Shown: positions 47,000 through 59,365 of the stretch, piece after piece | How the letters are laid out: every line of letters begins with the position of its first letter | How positions within the stretch are numbered: position 1 is the stretch's first letter | Source: the human T2T-CHM13v2.0 reference genome, Homo sapiens | NCBI RefSeq assembly: GCF_009914755.1 | Contig: NC_060931.1 | Reading direction: 5' to 3' (one strand) | Length of the DNA: 64,000 bases | Position numbers and translations under genes: made by a program | The notes under the pieces: generated by a model | Seen by the model: only the letters and a program-made list of their open reading frames with translations | Databases searched by the model: none | Told to the model about the DNA's origin: nothing

Positions 47000-47460
47000 T
47001 TTTCTGTTTGCAATGATCAGCATAGAGCCTGTATATAGAAGGTATTCCATAAATAAGCTAATTAATAAGACAAGACACTTGGAACCATTCAGATTTTTAA
47101 ACCTGTTCCACAGGACATTGAAGAGAAATATTCAGGGGATGCTTCATGAATGAAGTGACACCTGAAGAGAATCTGGAATACACTAAGGCCCAGACAGGGA
47201 GGAGAGGTTTATAAGCAGGAGGGAAAAAATAAGAATAATACCATGTTGACAGGCATGATTGCGGGAAAATTTGTAGATGGTGGAAAGTGTGATTTGGTAA
47301 CGTAAATATTTTAGATTCTTCACCAAGGGGCAATAAGATGGCAGTAGAGTCTTAGTAAGGCACATGTGATCATAATGAATATGTTTGGAGTCAAGAGAAG
47401 CTGGTATAAGGAAATTCTGGTGGATGTTTACACCATATAGTACGAACGTCCTGCTCAGAG
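47000..47460 (-). mobile_element. L2 fragment
   Basis: GATGCTTCATGAATGAAGTGACACCTGAAG motif. Confidence 0.45.
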
Positions 47461-47481
47461 TCAAATGATTTCAGTTTCAAA

Positions 47482-47885
47482 ATGTGCCATGTTGGTGTGC
47501 TGCACCCACCAACTCGTCATTTAACATTAGGTATATCTCCTAATGCTGTCCCTTCCCCCTCCCTCCACCCCACAACAGGCCCCAGTGTGTGATGTTCCCC
47601 TTCCTGTGTCCATGTGTTCTTATTGTTCAATTCCCACCTATGAGTGAGAACATGTGGTGTTTGGTTTTTTGTCCTTGCGATAGTTTGCTGAGAATGATGG
47701 TTTCCAGCTTCATCCATGTCCCTACAAAGGACATGAACTCATCATTTTTTATGGCTGCATAGTATTCCATGGTGTATATGTGCCACATTTTCTTAATCCA
47801 GTCTATCATTGTTGGACATTTGGGTTGGTTCCAAGTCTTTGCTATTGTGAACGTACCCTAAAACTTAAAGTATAATTAAAAAAAA
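47482..47885 (+). mobile_element. Young L1PA (L1PA2-5-like) 3' end with 5' inversion
   Basis: 47482-47851 antisense (IDWIKKMWHIYTMEYYAAIKNDEFMSF); 47852-47885 sense terminal GTACCCTAAAACTTAAAGTATAAT plus A tail. Confidence 0.88.
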
Positions 47886-48529
47886 GAATAAGAGGCCAAA
47901 AGACACTAAAAAAATGAATGAAAGAAACCCATGCCTTATCTCTTGTTATATAAGTAGTGTTATTTATTTTCTGGTCTATGTATGATTTATACCGCAGGAC
48001 CACATTTGTACAGAGTCCAGCTCCTGAGCAAGCTTTTGTGGTGGGCAGCATATGACCATAAACAAAGCTTATTTTTCTCCTTCTTCCCATCTCTTTTCTT
48101 CCCTCTTTTCCTTCTCCTTCCATTTCTCCCCACCTTTTCAGAGAACGAGACTGCATTGATTAGTTCTGAGTTATTCAGCTCATGTGATGTAATCATTTTA
48201 ATGTATGTGATGAGTAAGATACAATCTCCTCAATTTCAACTACAGATTGCTGACATAATGAAAAAAATATATTTATATATGTCACTGGAAATAGATAAAA
48301 AATGCAACTGATATAAGCTGGGCTCATGAAGGGTCCTATAATACTCTGTGGAATTCACACCATTCTAACAGCCATGAAGAAATACTGAAGTATTTTAAGC
48401 AAAGTTGCAACTATTATTATATATTCATTATAGCTTTATCATGCCTAAATACTATTGTATAAAGTTTTCTTCCCACACGTCAGAAACAATAAGATTCTGA
48501 AAAATATTATAATAAAGTTATTCTTCTGA

Positions 48530-49460
48530 CAAATGAATCCTAGAGAAAATTCCCCACCTGCAACAGTTCCTTCCTCAGTTTTCTCTGACTCAATACAATT
48601 TCATTCTTTTCGTTTTGCAGCTCAAAAATCTTGGTGCTATCATTGTCTCTTCTCAGTTTCTCTCTTAGACCTAACGCATTAACTTCACACTACTTTCAAA
48701 ATATATTCTGGGTTCGATCACTTCTAACCAACCAAATTTAAGCTACCATTGGATTTTTCTCACCTGGATTATTACGGCACACCTTTAAATTCCTGTTTTT
48801 GCTCCTACCCACAATATGGTAGCCAGAAAGATCCTGTTAATTTAAGTCAGATTACAGCACTTCCCTCCTCTAACGACTTTCCTTCTTTCTTTCCTCCCTC
48901 TAACGACTTTCCTTCTCTCTTAGAGTTAAAATCAAATGCACTTATTGTAATGTATGAGACCCCTCTTGGTTTGTGCCCCCATTATCTCCCTGCCTTCATC
49001 TGTTTTGACTCTTCCCCTCTGCTCTCTCCTTTAGTCACATGGTCCCCTTGCTTTATGAACATCCTGCCATTCTCCCGACATTGTACATACATGCAATGCA
49101 CTCAGCCTGAAAAGTCTTTCCTCAGATAAATGCATGTCTGACTCCCTAATTCCCTTCACTCCCTTCCTATCTTCATTCCAAAGGCCACTTTCCAGTAAAG
49201 GCTTACTTTGCCTCACTGTCTAAAATTTTACCCCTTCTCTCCAAAACTTTTTCATATTCCCAATTGTACTATGTTATTAATTTGGTGCAAAGTATTTGTG
49301 GTTTTTGATAATAATTGTGAATATTACTTTCTCTCTACTGGAGAGAAAGCTCTTTGAGACATGTATTTTAGTCTCTTCTGTTCACTGTTATATCCCCTGA
49401 TATGTCAGTATCTGATACATAATAGGTACTCAGTAAACATTTGTCAAATACATGAATATA
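48530..49460 (+). mobile_element. L2 3' portion
   Basis: TCTCACCTGGATTA...TCTGTTCACTGTTATATCCCC...ATAGGTACTCAGTAAACATTTGT. Confidence 0.75.
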
Positions 49461-50936
49461 TGAAATTATGACAATATTTGAAATAATTCTAATTATATTT
49501 GAAATGCTAGAACATATATTTATGTCTATTCTTGAATCATAACATAGAAGAAGTCTATAGAAAACTCCATTCTTTTATTTCTTATATAATCTATATATTG
49601 GATTGTTCTTTTGAGCTCTGAGAATATCAAATTAAAAGTACTGAAGTAAATACTAATTAGTTTCTATCGGTACCTTTATTTGTTCTGAATGTTTCTCACT
49701 TGATGTTTAGTGTTAGATATATACCAAGACAAAATTAAATAAAATAGATAAGTGTTTTTCCTATAATTCATCCTAATTATTCACATTTAAAATTTAGAAG
49801 GGACTTTATTAGATGCACTTTTTATCTATTTTTAGATAGGAAAGGCCAATTTGCATTCTCTTCAAGGAAATAATTGGTATTCATAAAAGTTGGACTAACA
49901 ATTTCATTTACATTTGAAAGAAAATTAAAATTAATCCAATGTAGGATATTATACAAAGATTACTATGCAAATATATTTTTAAAAGTTGCTATATCACATA
50001 GTGAACATTTCAATGGAACATTCTAAAAATGTTGAGGTTTTGTTTCTTAAAAAAAAAATACATTCATACGTAAGTGTGAGCTCTTCTCACTTCCATAATA
50101 GAAGTGAGAATTATGCTGTCTGCGTACTCATGACCGGCATAGTTTTCCACAAGTGCTGGCTTTAATAGGTGAATATAAAATGATGTGATTTTTTCTTTTT
50201 TACTGACATGAACATTATTATTGTGCCTTTGGTTGAAATAAATACTTGAAATGTTTGAACACACACACAGCCCCATATAAAACAGTTAAAAAGTTGTTCT
50301 TTTGGGCATTCCATTTGTTGGTCAGATATCTGTATTAACACCGATTCATATCCCTCAAGCTGATGAGAATGCAGTGTAACTAACGTTGAATCTAAGGCCA
50401 AAAAGTATCTACAAACAACTGGAGCCTTGCTGGAACCATTTGAGGCCGCCTTCTGACCTCCTGTCTCGGCATATAGCTCTGCCAGTGCTTTAACTTGAAC
50501 TAGTGAGATCTGAAGCCCCTAAAAAAATACTCATTTTTATAGCTTCTAACGACAGTATTTGTCTTTTGTGTGGAAATCATTTTTCAGCCTCAAACCCTTA
50601 GATTGGGTTCATGTGGATTTCAAAATAAGTTGTCTTAAAAATATTTTGCTCCATAATAATTAAAACCCATATCAACACATTTTTGGTAACTATTTTTTTG
50701 CAATCCTTCATATTAAGAGAATTGTAATACTTTTTTTAAAAAATTATATGCTTAGCCATTTGTATGTCTTTCCTCTACAAATTCCTCAAAAGTCCCACAT
50801 ATTTTTTTCTGAAATCTCCTCTATTCTCTCTTAGTTTGTTGTGTTATATTGTACATGGAGATGAAGGATGGTATAATGTTTAAAAGATTTTTGGCTTTCT
50901 GAGGAGTGTTTGTTTGACTTATTTGCTTTTCTGCAG

Positions 50937-51067
50937 AGCAGTGGACACAGCTCACAGGCTGGCCGTGCTACCAGCTCTTGCTATTATTCACTGTAAACTC
51001 GGTGTGCAGGGTACCGACCACAGACAGCTGCCCAGGCAGGTGGTGTGCACTGCACAGAGTCTCCGAG
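50937..51067 (+). other. Candidate 131-nt exon of an unidentified (possibly non-coding) transcript
   Basis: TTGAC branch-like motif, TTATTTGCTTTTCTGCAG acceptor, GAG|GTAAGG donor, locally GC/CpG-enriched. Confidence 0.35.
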
Positions 51068-51129
51068 GTAAGGCAGCGTAAGAGCCAGCAAGACCTTTTT
51101 AACAAAATAGGCGTTAGCCAGGGTGAAAA

Positions 51130-51330
51130 TGGGGAAATTGCACATATATAGCACTTGAGTGTCCATAAGTTGCATTTCACCTCCTTTTTTCTCACTGAAC
51201 CTCATAATCATCCTGAGATCTACTTACGTATTATTTGTCCCATTTTCCAAATAAAGAAAATGGGGTAAAGAGAGGTTAACTTATTTGCCAAATAAGAGAT
51301 AGTGGATGAAATCTTGATCCTCTTACTACA
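51130..51330 (-). mobile_element. MIR
   Basis: CCTCATAATCATCCTGAG...TCCCATTTTCCAAATAAAGAAAATGGGG...AGAGGTTAACTTATTTGCC. Confidence 0.65.
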
Positions 51331-51613
51331 GGTTTCTTACTCTTCCCTCAGCAGCTCAGCCTCCTCTATTGCTCAGCAGGCATTGTGGAGTGAATGGCAC
51401 AGACCTCTCCATTCATAAGTCCCTCTTTCCCATTTTCTTTCTCCTTCAAAGAGCACTGGTACAGTCACCTGAAAAGCTAAAGATGCAGTGTGACAACTGC
51501 TACATCAGCAATTCCAGACCCACCTTCCCACACCATCTCACCCCTACCTTGAAAAGAAACCTTTGCTTTAGATTAACATTAATTAAGTCATGCATTAGAC
51601 TAACATAAGACTT

Positions 51614-51763
51614 TATCTATTATCTATCTAATCTAATCTTTTATTCTATCCATCTATCTATCATCTATTATGTATCATCTATTTACTGAATTATATATCT
51701 AATCTTCTATCTCATCTATTTATCGATTTATCCATCTATATGTAATCTACTCTGTATCATCTG

Positions 51764-51808
<45 letters not shown>

Positions 51809-51820
51809 GCGATATCTATC
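51614..51820. repeat. Complex (TCTA)n STR
   Basis: Degenerate TCTA array ending in about 11 pure units. Confidence 0.9.
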
Positions 51821-52009
51821 ACTTTTCAACACCTAATTCACAAAAAAGAAGCCATGAGGGAGATTGTAGACTGTAGGAGAGGTACACTTATATATGTAAA
51901 CATTTAGAGAACAATAAAAGACTACAAAACAATATTATGTTTAATGAAATTACCATCCAAAAAACGTGTTTGGGTGAGCAAGTGGTACCACATCTGAGGG
52001 AAAGTTGAT

Positions 52010-52240
52010 TGTGTGGTAGAAAAACAGAGCCTTTGGCATCAGAAGGACTGAGTACAAACCTTGGCTCTGCCAATTAATATTGGGTGACCTGGAAGAACAT
52101 GTCTAACTTCTCCAACATACACATTTTTTTTCTTGTAAAAGTGATGGTTATAGACTCTTCTAACAGAAGTGTTACAAAGATTAAGTGATTAATGTCTGTA
52201 AAGCTGAAGCTCAGTGCCTAGCATACAATCCACTCTCAAA
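52010..52240 (+). mobile_element. MIR
   Basis: CTTGGCTCTGCCAATTAATATTGGGTGACCTGG...TGTTACAAAGATTAAGTGA...CAGTGCCTAGCATA. Confidence 0.7.
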
Positions 52241-52539
52241 AAAGAGAGCAGGTTTCCACACCTGTAATTCTTAATAAACTTCATTAAATAGCAATGTCTA
52301 ATTATTTTGTTACATAGCAATATTTTATCAGCAACGTTTATTGGATTCCAACAAATATTCTTTCAACAAATACACAAAGAAATGGAATATTTCATGGTTA
52401 TACTTTTTTCTATTGTATAATGTCAGTCTTTTTTTTTCTCAAGTAGTAATTAAAACTTGCTTTGAAAAATACTAGTGTAACCTAAAACTACTGTATTCCT
52501 TAAAAGTACTTAGAATAAGGAGAGGGCAGCAAAACACCA

Positions 52540-52770
52540 CAGGAAGTATAGGGGATTGCATCCCAGACAGACATGGTCTTGGCTTCTGGATCTGCCTCTT
52601 GGTAGCTGTGTGACTTTGGATGAATTGCTTAATCTCACCTTGTTTTAAGTGAGATAAAATGGGGAAAATAATATTTACCTCACAGTTCTGATAGGAGGGG
52701 TAATAACATAACGCATGTAAATTATGTAGAACAGCGTATTATGATAGGTGCCTAATAACTGTTAATTCCC
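52540..52770 (+). mobile_element. MIR
   Basis: TAGCTGTGTGACTTTGGATGAATTGCTTAATCTC...ATAAAATGGGGAAAATAAT. Confidence 0.7.
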
Positions 52771-54674
52771 CTTCTTCTCTTTGTTTTACTTTCTTCTACT
52801 TTTCTGTCCCTAATATTCTGATCATAACACCTCCAGGAACAAAAGAAGAAAGACAGAAATACTAGGGCAGTTAAGAAGATCCAGTGAGAAAAACTCATAT
52901 AGAGAAGACAAGATTATTGAAAATTCTAATCATTTCACTGAAACTGATGTTTCCTTGAAACAAACATTACCCATAAGAATGGCTGCCATGGTTTATTTAG
53001 GAAACAAAGTGTAATATTTACAGGGGCAGAGAGGACAGCATAAGAATGAAAAGAGTTAGTGAAATCTGACCTTTGGTGAGCTGGCACTATTTAGTAAATC
53101 TCCCTTGCCTTGGTGAAAGGGATTGGCTTCCAGTACAGTTAATTCCACATGGAAGAGAAATATAGGAGCTTTAGCCCTGAGGGATATTGCTCTATAAGCC
53201 CAGGTTCTTTTCAGATTATTCTGGTTGATTAAACACACAGAGAAATAACCCTTTTAAAGTTGTACATATATTAAGAATTGGAGTAGGCATATAAGCATCA
53301 CCTTACAACCGACAAAACAGATTTCCAAGCAACATACAATTTAAATTAATGCAGTTGTACGTAATAATGATTATTTTCCAAATGATCTATTTGATTGGTA
53401 TACATGCTTTCTGACTCTTCTCCCAACAGTGCCATCAGCTGTAAGGGAAGGATTGTGGACTAAACTCACTCCCGATATTTAGATTATGAAGGCAAAGAAA
53501 CTATGGAGAGGATAAGACAGGAATTTTTAAAAGGAGAGGACTAAGAAGACAGGGGCAGTATGTACTATATTGTTACCCTCCCAGGCTGGAGGTGTGGAAA
53601 ACTATTATAAACCGCTAATGATCATTTTTTTGGTGTTCGTTATTAGAACCAATGGAAGGAAACATAGCAGGTGAACCTCACTGTATTCTCTAAGGTCTTT
53701 CCAGAAAAGTTGTGCCTTTATAATTAATTCTATTGTCTATTAGAGTATACAGTTAAGTGCATATACCAAACTTCTTTGGTAAAATGTATAGAATTAAAGA
53801 CTTTCAGGGCTGATAAGAGGCCCAGTAAGTCATATAGGTTAGAATTCTCAGAAAGTTAAAAGCCTTATGAGAAATTTCCATTGGCTCAAATCAGATGAGA
53901 ATAAAACTTGATCCTACGTGTCTTAATATTCAGTCTAGGAGACTTGCCAGTACCCAGTGCTTCTTTATTGACTGATTAACCATTTTCTAACTCACTAATT
54001 AGGCAAACCAGAATATTTGTATGCTCCCTGTGTGTGATTGTCTAGGTTGCAAATTGAGCTAATTTAATTTTGTTGTTTACAATTGATACATTTATTTTTG
54101 ATATCCTTTGGTAGCCTTTTGTTAGAGGTGAGAGTTATAGTTTTATTTCCTGATCACACTATCATCTCATGTTAAAATGAGGGTAAAAACACAACAATCA
54201 AATTCTACAACATTTTCAAACACTTATTAGCAATGAAACAGAAAATGTAATACAATCTACCCTGTAAGTTTAATTAAGTCTCAACCTTTGTGTTTTTTAG
54301 TACTGTGACAAACTCCGGGCATGACAGTTTCACTTAGACAGACATGACAGTTTTCTGTTAGCAGGACCTGGTTACCTTGTAGCTGGAATCAGGCCAAAGC
54401 ATCTTCTGGAAGAGGTTGCTCATAGGACTTGTGGACATTCATAGCCTGAGGCACCGGGGTGAAGAGTGGAAGTGACACTCTAGGTGCTGGGACATGTTGT
54501 GCACATGACAGAGGCCCCACGTGGTATCTTAGCAAGTCCACATGTTTTATGTCACTCATGAAACATTTCAGTAATGAGAAATCATTGCCCCTCTGCATGA
54601 TGATAATGAAAATTTTGAAGGTTATTAGGAATCAGCATAGCTGATGGATTATAAGAACGACATCTGGCATGTAC

Positions 54675-55180
54675 TTTTTTTTTAACCACTTTATTTGGGT
54701 ATGATTGACATATAAAAACTTTACATATTTAATGTATCCAACTCAACAAAGTTGGAGATAAGTATGGACCCTTGAAGCCATCACCACAATCTGTCATAAC
54801 CCTATCCATCAACTTCAAAAGTTTCCTTCTTCCTTTTTATTTATTTATTATTATTATGATTTTTTTGGGGGGGAAATAAGAACATTTAATATAAGAGGTA
54901 CATTCTTAGCAAATTTTTAAGCACACAGCACCGTATTGTTAACTCAAGGTGGATACTGTATCTCTAAGACTTATTCATCTTGGAAAACCAAACTTTGTAT
55001 TCTTTAACTAACACTATCTTCTCCCATATCTCTCCTGATCCCACCCCTGGCAACTACCATTCCACTCTCTGCTTCTATTAACTACTTCAGATTCATCACC
55101 TAAGTGGTACCATGTAGTATTTGTTCCGTGTCTGGCTTATTTCACTTAGCACAATGTCTACAAGGTTCATCTCTGTTGCC
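54675..55180 (-). mobile_element. L1MA 3' UTR fragment
   Basis: GGTATGATTGACATATAAAAACTTTACATATTTAATG...TCTGGCTTATTTCACTTAGCACAATGTC. Confidence 0.75.
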
Positions 55181-55319
55181 TGAGTATGGGATTTTGATTG
55201 GCATCTCAAATCCTGACAATTTCTGCAGTATGTTTATTGTACGAGTTTTTCAAAGATTTGCCAACTGTCCCATAAAACTAATATGCATTTAAAATAAAGT
55301 TTTTAAAAATATAACAAAC

Positions 55320-55550
55320 AACAAAGTTTGAGTTGGGCAGGAGGAATATATTTTGAGATCTACTGCACAGCAGGATGACTATAGTCAATAATAACATATT
55401 GAGTATTTCAAAATAACTAAGAGAGTAGGTTTCAAATACCTGACCATCATTTCACATTGTGTGATATGTATATATAGATACACACACACACACATATATA
55501 TCACATTGTACCCCATAAATGTATATAATTTATCAATTAAAATAATATTA
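55320..55550 (+). mobile_element. L1MA 3' end fragment
   Basis: TTTTGAGATCTACTGCACAGCAGGATGACTATAGT...ACATTGTACCCCATAAATGTATATAAT. Confidence 0.7.
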
Positions 55551-55554
55551 ATTT

Positions 55555-55868
55555 GGCCAGGTGTGGTGGCTCATGCCTGTAATCCCAGCACCTTGAGAGG
55601 CCGAGGTGGGCAGCTCACGAATTCAAGAGATAGAGACTATCCTGGCTAACGTGGTGAAACCTCGTCTGTACTAAAAATATAAAAATTAACTGGGTGTGTT
55701 GGCGTGTGGCTGTAGTCCCAGCTACTCGGGAGGCTGAGGCAGGAGAATCACTTGAACCCGGGAGTGCGGAGGATGCAGGGAGCCGAGATCACGCCACTGC
55801 ACTCCAGCCTGGCAACAGAGCAACACTCTGTCTCAAATAAATAAATAAATAAAATAAAAATAAAAAGA
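55555..55868 (+). mobile_element. Alu (AluSc-like)
   Basis: Full dimer with an (AAAT)n tail. Confidence 0.92.
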
Positions 55869-56610
55869 AACAGAAAAATCGAATTATTTTATTTCCTATG
55901 AATAAGGCATTTATAAATTATTGTGGAAAGTGCCTGTATAACAGAATATTTTTTGAATATCATAAGTTTGATATTTATTTCAATCATATTTTGGATAGAT
56001 TTCAGCCCATTGCTAATCATCCATTCTCCTTGTTTTATGCAATGTCAAAGACCACTTCATTTTGCTTTGGATAAATAAGTTTTATTTGATGAATGCTGTT
56101 GTCATTTAAATTACATACAAAAAAATGACACAATTACATTAAATACATGGAAATTAAATGCCCGTCTCCTTCCTACACACCCACACACATTTACATATCT
56201 ATACCTTTGTCATGTCATCTCTTCCCACAAATTATAATTTTAGCCATTTTTTCTGTATTTAAAATGAATAATTATCTTTCACCAGTTAAAACACTTTTAT
56301 TTGCTTGCAGAAACGTAATCATTTTCTAATAAAATAGTAGCAGACACTGCAGTAAATTCTAGCCAGAATTTGGTTATTATATTAATCTCACTTCCCATCA
56401 CTGAATTCCTTTGCAGGGTAATTAGATTGCTATCTGATTCTATCTTGAGTCCACCAAGTCAAGGTGCAGGCAGGTGGAAAGTGTGTTAAATAAGCGTCCT
56501 GCTTGATGGGTTCTTTTTAATGCCGATGAGTTTGTGCCAGTACAAATAAAATTATATAAATTACTGTCAATCATTAGAGGTTTAAAAAAGCCAGGTTATT
56601 TATTATGATG

Positions 56611-56755
56611 GTGTATATACATATATGTTTATATACATATATATGTGTGTATATATGTATGTGTATATGTGTGTGTATACACGTGTGTGTATATATAAAT
56701 ATGTGTGTTATATGTGTATATATATGTGTGTATGTGTGTGTGTATATATATATAT
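56611..56755. repeat. Compound (TA)/(TG) microsatellite
   Basis: Alternating purine-pyrimidine run of about 145 bp. Confidence 0.9.
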
Positions 56756-57638
56756 TTGGCTAAGAGTTTCTTATAAGCATTTCATACATGGCTAATTATT
56801 TCTCCAGCTTTACTATGCACAGCTATCAACCTAAGCCCTACTCTAGCTGATCATCCCTAAATTCCCTTCAGAATCCTGCCATATTAGAGTAGGAGAAAGA
56901 GATGATACTTTTGTGTCAAGTGAGTAGAGTGAGAATATGTCAGTTTTCATATTTATAGAGTGACGTTTGACATCTTTAAAGAGAAGTTCCTGACCTTCCC
57001 TTTGTCTTTTTCTAACCAAGAAAATGTCAGCCACTTCCATTGCCTATCTCCAGCCGCATCTAGTACTTCTCTCTATTCCAAAGCTTCAACATACTCTTCT
57101 GTCATTATCTGATCATCTATTGGTCTTCCTCTTTCATTTCAATTCAAGGGACCTTGACTTATTTCTCATGGTTGTCTTATCAGAACAGTTCCTGATGAAA
57201 TTAATTTACTGAATGCTGGAACAATTCCAGCCTTCATTACATAAGGAATTCAGTGAAACCTTCCTTAAGCTCACAACTCTAGTGTCAATTATATATTATA
57301 AACACACAATCACAAACATTTTTAAAAACATGTCTGCATTATAATGTCAAAGGTAGAAAGAAATTGCCCATCATCGTCCAGGTTGTCTTGACCATCCTTA
57401 AGAGTGCCTTCTACATTTCCCTTCCATATTTTCTTTAATGATAGAAAATTGTGTAGAAGACAATAGAAGAGGAACTACCCCCTCTAGGTCAATAAGACTT
57501 TTCAACCACCCCCAAAGGTAATATCTAAATTGTACAACCAGAATTTACCTGACTGGCCAGCATATATAAAAGGGGCCATTACAAAAGTATGGCACACAGG
57601 TCAGAATAGAGATATTCTTCTGAAACAAATTACAATAA

Positions 57639-57934
57639 GGTCGGGTACAGTGGCTCACACCTGTAATCCCAACACTTTGGAAAGCCAGTGCAGGTGAATC
57701 ACTTGAGCCCAGGAGTTCCAGACCAGCCTAGGCAACATAATGAGACCCTGTCTCTCCATTTTTTAGAAAAAAAAATTAGCAGGGCGTGGTGGCACACACC
57801 TATAGTCCTACCTACTTGGGAGGCTGAGGCGGGAGCGTCGCTTGACCTAGGGAGTTCCATGCTGAAGTGAGCAGTGATTGAACCACTGCACTCAGACTGG
57901 GTGACAGAGCCAAACCTTGTCTCAAAACAAAAAA
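57639..57934 (+). mobile_element. Alu (AluJ-like)
   Basis: Diverged full dimer; CTTGAGCCCAGGAGTTC. Confidence 0.9.
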
Positions 57935-58046
57935 TGAAGAAACTCCACAAAATCACAATGACCTCCTCCTCCACAGTCAATGATACTAGTGGTGAAAATG
58001 ATATGAAATTCTGGCAACTTTTAAAAATAAAATTTATTCCTACAAA

Positions 58047-58354
58047 TTTTTGTTGTCGTTGTTTATTGTTTTTGAGACAGTTTCTGGCTATGTTGCCCAG
58101 GTCATAATACAGTGATGCAATCATGGCTCACTGCAGCATCAACCTCCCCGGGCTCAAGTGATCCTCTCACTTCAGCCTCCTGGGTAGCTGGAACCACAGT
58201 CACACACCACCATATTCAGCTATTTTTTATATTTTTTTAGAGTTGGGGTTTCACAATGTTGCCCAGGCTGGTCTCAAATTCCTGGGCTCAAGCAATCCTC
58301 CTGCCTTGGCCTCCCAAACTGCTGGGATTACAGCATGAGCCGCTGCACCCGGCC
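58047..58354 (-). mobile_element. Alu (AluJ-like)
   Basis: Diverged full dimer; GGGCTCAAGCAATCCTCC; approximate TSD ACAAATTTTTG/AAACATTTTTG. Confidence 0.9.
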
Positions 58355-59234
58355 CAAAAACATTTTTGAATCTCCTTAACTTGTTTCTAAATCACCACTC
58401 TTATTTCCACTGACCACTTAAACAGATGACTTGAATTAGTTATAAAACTGCTCTGGCTGTTTAATAGATTTGATATAAAATACTTTTACATTATAATAGA
58501 TTTGTTTTAGATATGAGTTTTTCTTTTTGGGAAAATGATATTAAAATAAATTTTACTTATATTTTTAAAAAAATTTCTCATTTTATTGATAGGGTATGTT
58601 TTAAAAATAAGATTCTAGTCTTCCATTAATTAAAACTTGTGCTAAAAAATTAAAAAGGTTAGCCTTTCAATTTTAAATACCAAATATAGAAAACATACAT
58701 GTTAATTTACAGAATGTGTACTTGATAAACCAAACTTAAATTGAGCAAGGAACAACGTGACGCATTTTAAGGCAAATACATAATAAATGCTAAAATGTTG
58801 TAGCAATATTCTGGCTTTAAAGAAATATTGATTAAATTTATTAAGACTGGGCTTTGTCTCAACACTTAATGGCAACTATGATTTAAAATTAATTAAATTA
58901 TGTTTAACGCTACTGTGCATGTCCTTGAAACCTCAGTCAAATTATATGGTCATTAGCTTTCATTTTTATGATAATGAAACAAAAAATACAGTTTCCAAAA
59001 TATATTTTTCACTAAATCTATGGCTAAAATTGAATTTAAATTTCTAGGTTTTTTTATTTAATCAAAAAGGAATTTTACAATTCAATCAATTGATTGAAAC
59101 TAAAACTTCAAATTAGGGAGGATTTAATTCAAGCCTGCTATTGTATTTATTATTATTTAAATATAACATGCAGACGCCTAAACTACACAGCAGACACTCT
59201 ATTAGGTTTTGTATATATAGAATCACACACACAT

Positions 59235-59365
59235 ACTCCCCTAGTTTGTGAGAAAGTGCTCTAATATTACAGACACAGATTAAAGTTTAGAGAAATCAAC
59301 TTGTCCAAGGTTACATAGCTAGTTGCACACACAGAATTTTAAATCATTCTTATGTGACTCTAAAA
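59235..59365 (-). mobile_element. MIR
   Basis: TTTAGAGAAATCAACTTGTCCAAGGTTACATAGCTAGT core. Confidence 0.6.

Noticed and set aside
48860-48920. Tandem ~33-bp duplication (CCTCTAACGACTTTCCTTCT)
   Set aside because: A simple slippage duplication inside an L2 relic.
57699-58124. 141-aa ORF
   Set aside because: Built from two Alu elements and the spacer between them.
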